The position numbers and the translations under genes were made by a program. A stretch of DNA of 38,600 nucleotides from Chloroflexota bacterium. Its GTDB lineage: Bacteria > Chloroflexota > Dehalococcoidia > Lucifugimonadales > UBA3495. Positions 17,359 to 26,428 of this stretch are shown in pieces. Each line of letters starts with the position of its first letter. Position 1 is the stretch's first letter. The notes beneath the pieces were generated by a model. The model had not been told where the DNA came from. It ran no database searches and saw nothing but the letters and a program-made list of their open reading frames with translations. The stretch lies in assembly GCA_022566155.1 (NCBI GenBank), contig JADFJS010000002.1, positions 1 through 38,600 of the forward strand, in the 5' to 3' direction.

Positions 17359-18285
17359 TTGGATAAGGACGATCGACCCATCAGGGTAATGGCGCCCGCT
17401 ACCACGGCCAACCTGGGCCCGGGCTTCGACTGCCTGGGGCTCGCCCTGGACCTGTGGAACCAGTTAGACGTGCTACCCGGCGATCCCGGCGACGGCCCAG
17501 TGGTCGAGATAATCGGGGAAGGCGCCGATGAGCTGAGTACCGGCCAGGATAATCTGGTGTATCGGTCCATGGCTTTCCTGTTTAATGAGGCGGACCGGGA
17601 GCCACCCCCGATGAAGCTGCGATGCCACAACCAGATTCCCCTGGAGCGCGGCTTGGGTAGCAGCGCCGCCGCCATCGCCAGTGGTTTGGTGGCGGCCAAC
17701 GCGCTGTGCGGACACGCTTTCACCCCCAATGACCTGCTGGAGATGGCCGCCACCATAGAGGGGCACCCCGACAATGTGGCAGCCGCCGTGTTGGGCGGCC
17801 TGCAACTAGTGCTCGCCGAAGACCAGAAGATCTACACTGCTTCCATAAATGTGCCTCCGGAGCTTTATGCCGTCCTATTCATACCCGAGTTGCGCATCGC
17901 CACTTCCGATGCAAGAGCGGTTCTGCCCCAGTCGGTGAGCCGCGCCGACGCGTTGTATAATATGAGCCGCACCGCCTTGCTGGTAGCTGGAATGGCTGGC
18001 AACCACCCTGAATATCTATCGGTGGCGACTCAAGACCGGATGCACCAGCCATACCGCCTGCAATTGTTCCCGGCCATGAAACTGCTCTTCAAGGCGGCCC
18101 TAGATGCCGGCGCGCTGGGAGTGTTTCTCTCGGGCAGCGGTTCCACGGTGCTGGCCCTGACCCGGGGACGGGAGATGACCGTGGCCTACGAGATGGCCGA
18201 GGCGGCTCGTCAGGCGAGCGTACCCGGCCGATTGCAGATCACCCAACCAACCCTCCAGGGTGCCCACGAAGTGGCTATTGAGTAG
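17359..18285 (+). CDS. thrB: Homoserine kinase
   Basis: PATTANLGPGFD, PLERGLGSSAA, EGHPDN, SGSGST. Confidence 0.95.
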   Translation: MDKDDRPIRVMAPATTANLGPGFDCLGLALDLWNQLDVLPGDPGDGPVVEIIGEGADELSTGQDNLVYRSMAFLFNEADREPPPMKLRCHNQIPLERGLGSSAAAIASGLVAANALCGHAFTPNDLLEMAATIEGHPDNVAAAVLGGLQLVLAEDQKIYTASINVPPELYAVLFIPELRIATSDARAVLPQSVSRADALYNMSRTALLVAGMAGNHPEYLSVATQDRMHQPYRLQLFPAMKLLFKAALDAGALGVFLSGSGSTVLALTRGREMTVAYEMAEAARQASVPGRLQITQPTLQGAHEVAIE

Positions 18286-18327
18286 TGAGTGGACATTGAC
18301 TAGCCAGCGAAGAGGAATTGCCACTAG

Positions 18328-19554
18328 ATGCCTCTGGTAGTGCATAAATACGGCGGAACATCGGTGGCCGACGCCGCCAAGATCCTCAGCGTGGCCCGGG
18401 GGATCGGCAAGGTCAGGGATTCGGGTGTAGAGGTCGTCACCGTGGTGTCGGCCATGGGTAACACCACCGACGACCTGGTGCGGCTGGCGGAGACGATCTC
18501 TCCCGACCCGGACCCCCGGGAAATGGACCTTCTCCTGTCCACGGGCGAACTGGTGGCCTGCACCCTGATGACCATGGCCCTGAGATCCTTAGGCTATGAC
18601 GCGATAAGCCTGAGCGGGTCACAGGCCGGCATCCACACGGATACCGTCTATGGAAAGGCCCGCATCGACCGCATCGATACTGCCAGATTGAAAAAAGAGC
18701 TGGCCAAGGGCCGGGTCATCGTGGTAGCGGGGTTCCAGGGAATCACCGCCGACCAGGACATAACCACCTTGGGCCGGGGAGGGTCCGATACCACCGCTGT
18801 AGCCCTGGCTGCCGCTCTTGGGGCGGAACGATGTGAGATTTACACCGACGTGGAAGGCATATACTCCGCCGATCCAAAATTGGTGCCCGGTGCGCGTAAG
18901 CTGGCGGAAATTGGCTATCGCGAGATGCTGGAATTGGCAAGTTACGGCGCAAAGATGCATCCCCGGTCCATTGAGCTGGGGCGATACTATAATGTACCCA
19001 TCTACGTGTCTTCCAGCTTCAGCGACGCTTCCGGCACTCTAATCCATCAAGGACCGGATGAACAACCCATGGAAAACAGAGTCAAAATTGCCGGGATTAC
19101 CTGTGACACCAATGTGGCCAAGATCACAGTACGATCCGTATCGGACAGGCCTGGTATCGCCGCCGCGCTATTTGAACCCCTGGCCGACGCCGGCATGAGC
19201 GTAGACACGATAGTGCAGAACACCAGCCTGGACCGCACCACCGATATCAGCTTCACCGTCAGCCGCGGGGATCTGCCAGGCGCACTGCGCCAGGTGGAAA
19301 AAGTTTTGGAGACCATTGGCGCCCCGGATGTGGCCAGCGACTCGACTCTGGCCTCGGTGAGCATCATTGGCTCAGGCATGCAGAACACGCCCGGCTATGC
19401 CGCCCGCATGTTTCGTATCCTGGCCGAAGGCAACATCAACATCGACATGATTACGACTTCGGAGATCCGCATCTCCTGCATCGTCAAGGAAGAGCAAGTT
19501 GAAGAGGCGGTGCGTCTGCTGCACCGTGGCTTCGAGTTAGAGGAGGCGCAGTAG
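18328..19554 (+). CDS. lysC: Aspartate kinase
   Basis: KYGGTSV, VVSAMG, TTLGRGGSD, two ACT domains, ITTSEIRISC. Confidence 0.95.
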   Translation: MPLVVHKYGGTSVADAAKILSVARGIGKVRDSGVEVVTVVSAMGNTTDDLVRLAETISPDPDPREMDLLLSTGELVACTLMTMALRSLGYDAISLSGSQAGIHTDTVYGKARIDRIDTARLKKELAKGRVIVVAGFQGITADQDITTLGRGGSDTTAVALAAALGAERCEIYTDVEGIYSADPKLVPGARKLAEIGYREMLELASYGAKMHPRSIELGRYYNVPIYVSSSFSDASGTLIHQGPDEQPMENRVKIAGITCDTNVAKITVRSVSDRPGIAAALFEPLADAGMSVDTIVQNTSLDRTTDISFTVSRGDLPGALRQVEKVLETIGAPDVASDSTLASVSIIGSGMQNTPGYAARMFRILAEGNINIDMITTSEIRISCIVKEEQVEEAVRLLHRGFELEEAQ

Positions 19555-19560
19555 GGAATC

Positions 19561-20343
19561 TTGCGCCCCGTCTTTCTATCCATCGTAATCCCCACCTACA
19601 ACGAAGAAGCGCTGATCAGCGATACATTAGGGCAGGTGGCGGAATTCTTAAGTAACCGCGAGTACACCTGGGAGGTGGTGGTTGCCGACGACGGCAGCAC
19701 CGACGCCACGGCCCGGTTGGTCGAGGACTTTGCCAAAGACAACCCGCAGGTTCGCCTCCTCGGTCTGAGCCACCACGGCAAGGGCTGGGCCGTGCGGGAA
19801 GGTATGCTGCAAGCATGCGGCCAATACCGCTTCCTTTGTGATGCAGACCTCTCCATGCCCATAGAACAGGTGGAACGGTTCCTCCCTCCCCAGGCCGTTG
19901 GACTGGACCTGGCCATCGGCTCCAGGGAAGTTGCCGGAGCGCGGCGCATCGGCGAGCCGGCCTATAGACACATAATGGGCCGGTTTTACAACGCTCTGGT
20001 ACGCATACTTGTGGTGCCGGGTGTGCGGGATACCCAGTGCGGCTTCAAATGCTTTCGGAGCGATATTGTTCCGAGCCTCTTCCTGCGTCAGACGATGGAG
20101 GGTTTCGCCTTCGACGTCGAGATCTTGTTTCTTGCCCGCAAAGATAAGCTGAGTATCGGGGAGATCGGGATCGACTGGCACTTTCGGCAGGGAAGCAAAG
20201 TACATCCTCTGCGGGATTCGCTCGTCATGACACGTGACCTGCTCATTATCCGCTGGCGTAACTGGCGAGGCCGCTACGATCGAGGCTACCCCGGCAACGC
20301 AATGGAAGAAAACACGCCTGGAAATGACCGGGATGGGGGTTGA
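19561..20343 (+). CDS. GT2 polyprenyl/dolichyl-phosphate glycosyltransferase (DPG synthase-like)
   Basis: SIVIPTYNE, DDGSTD, GKGWAVREG, DADLS, DTQCGFK, FDVE motifs. Confidence 0.85.
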   Translation: MRPVFLSIVIPTYNEEALISDTLGQVAEFLSNREYTWEVVVADDGSTDATARLVEDFAKDNPQVRLLGLSHHGKGWAVREGMLQACGQYRFLCDADLSMPIEQVERFLPPQAVGLDLAIGSREVAGARRIGEPAYRHIMGRFYNALVRILVVPGVRDTQCGFKCFRSDIVPSLFLRQTMEGFAFDVEILFLARKDKLSIGEIGIDWHFRQGSKVHPLRDSLVMTRDLLIIRWRNWRGRYDRGYPGNAMEENTPGNDRDGG

Positions 20344-20658
20344 CCGCCAGTGTGATTTTAGTGTAACTAGATATTGGCGGGTATTATACATAACCAACGA
20401 ACAATGGAGTCGCCGGTAAAGTTACAGGGAGGTGGGGAGTTGATCACCGGCTGCTTGATCCCTGGCCTATAAATCTCGTCCTCTTCGCTCAAACCCAGCG
20501 GTAGAATTGCCTGCACAGGAGCTTGCGCGGTGGTGTGTGGAGGTTCAGGGATGGCGAATGTGGGGCGAACCAAACGCCGCGTTGTTTAGCCCGGACCAAT
20601 TTTGGTCAAATAAGGGTTAAAGCAATCCCATCGGGAAATGTTAAATTCTCTCAAAAAG

Positions 20659-20674
20659 TGTGTGCAAAGTCACA
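20659..20674. promoter_or_regulatory. CRP/FNR-family-like box TGTGT-N6-TCACA upstream of the TPR gene
   Basis: 9/10 match to TGTGA-N6-TCACA, intergenic. Confidence 0.5.
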
Positions 20675-20752
20675 GTTGATCAGCGTCATGGTATGTACCA
20701 TATACATAACAATAACTAGAGGAGGTAAGGCACCCCTTACCCTGGAAACACT

Positions 20753-21547
20753 ATGAATATGAATCTAACGAAATCATTGGATCAAAGCAGGCCTACACGG
20801 GAATTAAGTCGAGACGCAATCTCGCTGGCTCTGCAAGGCGAGTGGGAGCGCGCCGCCCAAGTGAACCAGCTTATACTGGATTCGAGCGCCGATGTCGACG
20901 CCATGAACCGCCTGGGCAAGGCTCTGATGGAGCTGATCCGATACGGCGAGGCCAGGGAAGTGCTGGACAAAGTGGTCAGCATTGCCCCGTACAATATTAT
21001 CGCCAAGAAGAACCTCGCCAGGTTAACCCAGTTGGAAAATACACCGTTGACCAGCAGGCAAGTCCGCAAGGCCGGCAGCGCACCTCAGCTATTCATTGAG
21101 GAGAGTGGCAAATCCGGAACGACCCTGCTTCAGAAGGTGTCCACGGGTCAGGTGGTAGCCCGGATCGCCCCCAGTGAGTCTACCGATCTGGTGGTGGAGA
21201 ATAACACCATCAAGGTATATACCCGGGATAACGAGTACCTGGGCCAGATTGAGCCGAAACTAGGCAGGCGGCTCATCAGGCTGATGCTGGGCGGCAACAG
21301 ATACGATTCCGCGATCATTGGCGTCAACAACCAGGGCATCTCAATAATCATCCGCGAAATATTCCGCCACCGCAGCCTGCATAACGTCTGTTCTTTCCCC
21401 ACCCGCACCAAGGAAGAACATCGGGTTTACCTGTCCGAAAGCATGGCCAAGTATATGGCCGGCGATGACCTGGAAGATGATGATGATGATGACGAAGCCG
21501 TCATCGAAGAAGACGAGCTTGAAACCGGCTGGAGCGAGAACGAATAG
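20753..21547 (+). CDS. Tetratricopeptide repeat protein with a C-terminal beta domain and acidic tail
   Basis: TPR helices (AMNRLGKALMEL...PYNIIAKKNLARL), FIEESGKS motif, D/E tail. Confidence 0.8.
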   Translation: MNMNLTKSLDQSRPTRELSRDAISLALQGEWERAAQVNQLILDSSADVDAMNRLGKALMELIRYGEAREVLDKVVSIAPYNIIAKKNLARLTQLENTPLTSRQVRKAGSAPQLFIEESGKSGTTLLQKVSTGQVVARIAPSESTDLVVENNTIKVYTRDNEYLGQIEPKLGRRLIRLMLGGNRYDSAIIGVNNQGISIIIREIFRHRSLHNVCSFPTRTKEEHRVYLSESMAKYMAGDDLEDDDDDDEAVIEEDELETGWSENE

Positions 21548-21670
21548 AGGCCGGCGGGCCAGGTCAAACGGGTTGCGCCGGGGACTGTATTTGTAGAAAT
21601 CCAACGACCGTGGCAGAAGAAAGCTGCCCCGGCGATGATTTAACGTTAAAGCGGACTATAGACTTTTGAT

Positions 21671-21703
21671 TCAGGGACGGGATTTTGCCGTCCCTGATTT
21701 ATT
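21671..21703 (+). terminator. Rho-independent terminator between the convergent TPR and pilus genes
   Basis: TCAGGGACGG-N7-CCGTCCCTGA followed by TTTATT. Confidence 0.65.
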
Positions 21704-21810
21704 GTCCGCTCTCTTGGGCCAAAGCTGCTACAGGCAGTATACATACGGAGATTTGAGCCTACCTTCAAGCTGCCACCCAGTCCGCAAAAGCAGAATACCG
21801 GCTATGTCTC

Positions 21811-24339
21811 CTACTGCGGCCAGTCTAGGATCGTGACTTCACCATCCGAGGTCACGATGGCCCGGTACTGGGTCACTGTGCCGTCGGGCGACACGGCGGT
21901 CATGTTGTACAGAGTGCCCCCGGTGCTGCTGCCGCCCTCGGCGGTTACCACGGTTTGGACCGCCGCCAGGGCCGCTTCCACGATCGCTCCGACCAGGTCG
22001 AGCAGAGCCTGGAAGTCGTCGGCGTGAAAAACGTGGTCCGAGTAGTAGGGGTCCGGGTTGGTGTCGTCGAATACAGCTTCGGGGTCGTCGGGGTCATAGG
22101 CGATCGCGAAGAGATCTTCTCCATCCACGTCGGCGGCCGCCCCTACGCCCACGGCAAAGACCTCGGCGCCGCTGCCGGCCGAGGCGTTGGCGATACTCTG
22201 GCCGGGCATGGATGACCCGTCAACGATCACGATCAAAAGGTTGGGAACCTCAGCGCGGTCCCCCAGGCCGCTGTCAAACTGGGTCCCGGTGACAAAGTTA
22301 AATGCCGACACCAGGTTAGCACCGCCGCCCTGGCTCGGCGCCGGCGCCAGATTCTCATCGATCCCGTCGTGCAATGGGAGGCTGCTGGAGGCGCCGGTGG
22401 TTATCTTCAAGAAGGATGAATGTTCGTCGGCGCCTCCCCAGCGGTATTGGAAAAGCCGTTGGTTGACATTGGACTTGTCGCTCCAGACCTCCACACGTAC
22501 TCGTAGCTTGTCTCCAACCTCCACGTCGATGCTTGACGGATGGGCGAAGGACAGCACTTCATCGTCGAAGTTGGGTGGTGTGGTGGCTGACGCGGTAGTG
22601 AAGACGGTGACAATGCCGCCGCCGTCCTCCACGAGCTGCAATTTCCACCGCCAGCGGTTCTGTGAGTGGCCCGACTCGATCCACTGGGTGAATGCCCACG
22701 TGGCCGCAGAAATCGAACCGGCGGAGCCGAAGGCGGTTGTTTCCCAGAAGTCCGAAACCTCTTCCCACTCACCTTCCACCGAGAAATCGGTCCCTTCGGC
22801 CGGGGTATGGCTGCCTTCGGTTGAAGCGCATCCTTGAACAGTGCCCAATGGATATGGAGAGCCGCCGCCACTATTTGGAAAATAAAGGGTCGCGTTGATG
22901 GGGGCTGGAGAGTGGGAGTCCACGTCGGTCATATCGGCCACGGAGCTGGACTGGCCGCCAAAACGAGTAAGGCCGATCCTTATCCTGCCCTCGGTCGTTT
23001 CCAGGCTAAACCCGTCAACCATCGCGTTGGCCGCTTGCCTGAGCTGGACTAACTGGCAGTCATCGACGCTGCCGCTGTTGTCCAGAAGGAGCACGGTGTC
23101 GGCAAACGCAATGGCCCAGCTGTTGAATCCGACCGGTTCATAGATCAACTGTATCTCGTTGAAGAAGGCCAAACCGGGGTCCGCCTTGGTGGTGGCTTTC
23201 AGCGTCTGGATAAGCTCCTGACCCGCGGCGATGGTGAACAGGGGAACATCGTCGTCCCCGGTCTCCCAGGTCAGCGTGCAACGCTGCAGGCCGGTTATAT
23301 CAGGGGGCTGGGTGCAAGGTGCCGGGACCGACGTTGGATCGGAGGAGCTGATGCCGCTGCTGGAGCCCGCCTGGTAGATGAATCCCGGGGGAAGGATGTC
23401 TACCATCTTGGTCACCGGCAGCGCGTTGGAGGTGACATTCTCAACGCTCACGGTGTAGGTAACTTCGGTCTCCCCCGGGGCCAAGATCCGAATATCTGTT
23501 ACCTTTTTACGCACCAATAGCTCCAGGTTGAAACCGCACTTTGTGCCGCCGTCCCCAACGGTTACCTCGGCGGTATAGGGCGTGTGGACCTCCACGGTGG
23601 AAGCCGGGTCCCCGATCAGGTAGCTCATGGTCACTTTGTTGTAGTAGATCCCGTCGGGCAGAGTCCCGGTCGCCTCGAATGTCAGCGTCTGAATATCCTG
23701 TGGGGCAATGACGATGACCGGTGAGAAATCCCAGGTTAGCTGGTCGGGTTCGTCCCCACAGCGTTGGTCTCCAGCGGCTAGGGAGATGTCCGGATTGCCG
23801 CTAAAATTAAGGACACCATTGAAGAAACCCTCGGTCGTGTTATCGGTGTACTGAAACAGCGGGGGCAGGTAATCGATGAGTTTCTCCAGGGATATCGAGC
23901 TGGTGCCCTGGTTTTTCAAGGTGATAGTGTAGGTGAAGGTGGTAAGGGTATTCAGCGTCGCCTTGTTGGGGGTAACCTCCTTGAAGCCGCTCTGTATCTC
24001 TTGAAAGCTGTAGCCTGGCGAATCGCCGGGCGACGCAGGCAGCTCGGTTGCCGTTAGCGTAATCTGGTCGTCGCAGAATGTGAGGGTTTCCTCGCCGCCG
24101 GGGTTGTCATCAAACCAGGCCAGCCAGCGTTCCGGATCAAGAGCCAGATAGCGTATATATTCACGTACGCCCAAGTCGCAATATTGGCGCTTGAGGATCT
24201 TGGTTTTGACCCGCGAGTCGATAGCGATGGTGCTGGACAAGCTCAAGGCCGCCGTAATGATGGGCACACCAAAGGCCATAAATGCCAGGACCAACAATAT
24301 GGCCACCCCACCTCTCTCGCCGGTCAACAGAGACCTCAT
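21811..24339 (-). CDS. Giant PilX-like minor pilin fused to two DUF11-like Ig domains and a vWA domain (putative tip adhesin)
   Basis: ERGG|VAILLVLAF prepilin lacking Glu5; two TYT(I/V)xxxN...DxLPPxFxY repeats; MIDAS DNSGS, IVIVDG, VFAVGVG. Confidence 0.75.
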   Translation of the reverse strand: MRSLLTGERGGVAILLVLAFMAFGVPIITAALSLSSTIAIDSRVKTKILKRQYCDLGVREYIRYLALDPERWLAWFDDNPGGEETLTFCDDQITLTATELPASPGDSPGYSFQEIQSGFKEVTPNKATLNTLTTFTYTITLKNQGTSSISLEKLIDYLPPLFQYTDNTTEGFFNGVLNFSGNPDISLAAGDQRCGDEPDQLTWDFSPVIVIAPQDIQTLTFEATGTLPDGIYYNKVTMSYLIGDPASTVEVHTPYTAEVTVGDGGTKCGFNLELLVRKKVTDIRILAPGETEVTYTVSVENVTSNALPVTKMVDILPPGFIYQAGSSSGISSSDPTSVPAPCTQPPDITGLQRCTLTWETGDDDVPLFTIAAGQELIQTLKATTKADPGLAFFNEIQLIYEPVGFNSWAIAFADTVLLLDNSGSVDDCQLVQLRQAANAMVDGFSLETTEGRIRIGLTRFGGQSSSVADMTDVDSHSPAPINATLYFPNSGGGSPYPLGTVQGCASTEGSHTPAEGTDFSVEGEWEEVSDFWETTAFGSAGSISAATWAFTQWIESGHSQNRWRWKLQLVEDGGGIVTVFTTASATTPPNFDDEVLSFAHPSSIDVEVGDKLRVRVEVWSDKSNVNQRLFQYRWGGADEHSSFLKITTGASSSLPLHDGIDENLAPAPSQGGGANLVSAFNFVTGTQFDSGLGDRAEVPNLLIVIVDGSSMPGQSIANASAGSGAEVFAVGVGAAADVDGEDLFAIAYDPDDPEAVFDDTNPDPYYSDHVFHADDFQALLDLVGAIVEAALAAVQTVVTAEGGSSTGGTLYNMTAVSPDGTVTQYRAIVTSDGEVTILDWPQ

Positions 24340-24881
24340 CAGTCCAGTTTCCTGATGTGGGTTGTGAGACTGATGCTTTCCGTTGTACCTCGATCGGCAT
24401 CAACCGCCAGGTCGAATTTGAGGTCGTTATTGCAAAGGGAGAAGCCCACGGACCCTGATACAACTTCCCTGGCTACGACGGTTGTTAAACCGTCATAGTC
24501 TCTGTTCAGGGTGTCGCCCGTCACCAGGTAGGTGACTACGTGGGACCCACTGCCGTCGCTCAGAATCAAGGTCACGCTGTTGGCTGGTGAGGTGGGATTA
24601 CAGGAGAGGTTGGTCCCAGCCGGAGGCGGCCCATCCAAGACATTTTCCGCTTTCAGAGCATCGCCGGCGAACCTGCTGCCGGCGTGGCGCAGCTCCATCG
24701 TGGCCACCGCGCCGTCGCGCCAGTACCTCTGAATGCTGTGGACCTGGAATAGCGCGCCGCCAATCATACCCGTGGCCATGGTGAGAAGGCCCACGGCAAT
24801 GACCAACTCTATCAGGGTGAATCCACCACCGCCGGCCAGAGTTGATTTCAAAGCCTTGGCTTTTTCCAGTATTGTCGCCAA
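24339..24881 (-). CDS. Minor type IV pilin (PilW/PulJ-like)
   Basis: GG|FTLIELVIAVGLL N-methylation motif. Confidence 0.85.
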   Translation of the reverse strand: MATILEKAKALKSTLAGGGGFTLIELVIAVGLLTMATGMIGGALFQVHSIQRYWRDGAVATMELRHAGSRFAGDALKAENVLDGPPPAGTNLSCNPTSPANSVTLILSDGSGSHVVTYLVTGDTLNRDYDGLTTVVAREVVSGSVGFSLCNNDLKFDLAVDADRGTTESISLTTHIRKLD

Positions 24882-25124
24882 CTGTTGCTGCTCCGTTGGG
24901 CACGGCGATCAAACTACCGATTACTCAGACATTGCCGGAGTTTCTACTACAGGTGCAATACTGTGCCCATCTGCCGAGTCGTAGCTTGGGAGGTCCCAGA
25001 CCGATCGTGGGAGAGATCGATAGGCCCTGCCGGCTCCGGTATTGCCACCAAACTTTGGTATGTGCAGTGTGCCGTTGGGCGGGATCTGGAACCGGAAATG
25101 CCCGGCAATGCCGTGCCGGAGAGG

Positions 25125-25619
25125 CTAGTTGGCCCTCAGCGTCTCCAATACCAGCACAGCCCGCCCCTCCACGCTGACGGTTACCACCACTCTTTCAACG
25201 GTCCCCTCGTAGCTGTCGGAGGCCTGCAACTCCAACGCTACGGCGCAGATGCTATAGCCGGTGGAGGAACCGCAGGCATTCGCCTCGGCGAGAGTATCGT
25301 ACGCCACGGGCTGGGACTCAGCGGGCTTGTAGGCCTGATTGAATACGGACTCCATCTGGTTGCGGGCGAGGCGCTCGGCGATTGAATGGTCTTCCACTAA
25401 ACTGGCCGAAATGTGGGCCGTGCGGACGCCCAGCACCACGGCCGTACCCACCGCTCCGAAAATAGTTATCGCCAGGACAACCTCTATCAACATCTGGCCC
25501 GAGGAATCCCGGGCCAGCCTCCAGGGTTCCAGCCAGAACCCCCGGCCCATCCGCCGCAGGAAGGCTAGTGCACGTGCTGAGCCAGTTGTTGCGATCCATT
25601 TAAAAGCTGGAAATAACAT
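25125..25619 (-). CDS. Minor type IV pilin (PilV/PulI-like); start uncertain (25550, 25619 or 25724)
   Basis: SG|QMLIEVVLAITIFG motif, AERLARNQME, C-terminal VERVVVTVS strand. Confidence 0.75.
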   Translation of the reverse strand: MLFPAFKWIATTGSARALAFLRRMGRGFWLEPWRLARDSSGQMLIEVVLAITIFGAVGTAVVLGVRTAHISASLVEDHSIAERLARNQMESVFNQAYKPAESQPVAYDTLAEANACGSSTGYSICAVALELQASDSYEGTVERVVVTVSVEGRAVLVLETLRAN

Positions 25620-25780
25620 TTTTGCTAGGTTCTTCCTGGTGCCGGCTCTTGCCCATCTTCTAAAGCCTAGGAACAGCAACGCCCGGCATTTGCTGCATAG
25701 TGCTGCCGGGCATTGCTGTCCCACTAACCTATCATCGATGGATGGCGCCCCACCGCCAGCTTAGAGCCCTTGGGGCACCG

Positions 25781-26158
25781 CTAGCAATCTGTTTGGGCTA
25801 GAAGTTTACCCGTAGTGTCCCAAGTGTAACAGTAGGCGGTGGAGTCGTCCCTGAAGTACTCGGCTATCAGTTGCCCACTGCCGAAGTCGGTGGTATTGGT
25901 GATCGCGGCGGCGGTGCCACCGGCCGTAACTGAGGTCAAATTGTTGTCGGTGATCATGAGATCAATGGCCGCTTGCACGTTATCGAACTCCGACTTCTTG
26001 GCGCCCTCTTCACCGCTTCCGGAGAACTTGATGACCGTGGGGACGATGACCGCGGCCAAGGCCACGATAATTCCCACCACGACGAGCATTTCGATAAGAG
26101 TAAACCCCTTTTGGCTCTTGCCCACCTTCTCTTGGATGTTTTTGAGCATTTTCCGCAT
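25781..26158 (-). CDS. pilA: Major type IV pilin
   Basis: Basic leader QKG|FTLIEMLVVVGII..P22; C-terminal Cys pair; strong AGGAGGT RBS; own upstream regulatory region. Confidence 0.88.
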   Translation of the reverse strand: MRKMLKNIQEKVGKSQKGFTLIEMLVVVGIIVALAAVIVPTVIKFSGSGEEGAKKSEFDNVQAAIDLMITDNNLTSVTAGGTAAAITNTTDFGSGQLIAEYFRDDSTAYCYTWDTTGKLLAQTDC

Positions 26159-26254
26159 TTCACTTACCTCCTGTGCGGCTATTGTTCCTGCCTATCGGTC
26201 TATGAAGTGTACCGAAGCATTGCCTAACATTCTAGCAGGATAACGGCGAGATTC

Positions 26255-26293
26255 TGTGACATTCTACACTGGAAGATTGTGCCTTTCGTCACA
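26255..26293. promoter_or_regulatory. Pair of CRP-family-like boxes upstream of the major pilin
   Basis: TGTGC-N6-TCACA at 26278-26293 (9/10) and weaker TGTGA-N6-ACACT at 26255-26270. Confidence 0.5.
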
Positions 26294-26428
26294 CTTCGCC
26301 GGGTCTCCTCTCGTATATTGATTCTACCGCGTCCGCTGCACGACGATGCCGGGAAAGTTGGATCTACCAGGCTGCCAAGGCGGCCCTGGTAATTGCCAAG
26401 TAGCGTCAGCCTGGATTATTCAGCTCCC

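Noticed and set aside
24882-25124. c-di-GMP-II riboswitch between the minor pilins
   Set aside because: Only fragments (GGGCAC, GTGCAA) resemble it, on the wrong strand and with the wrong spacing.
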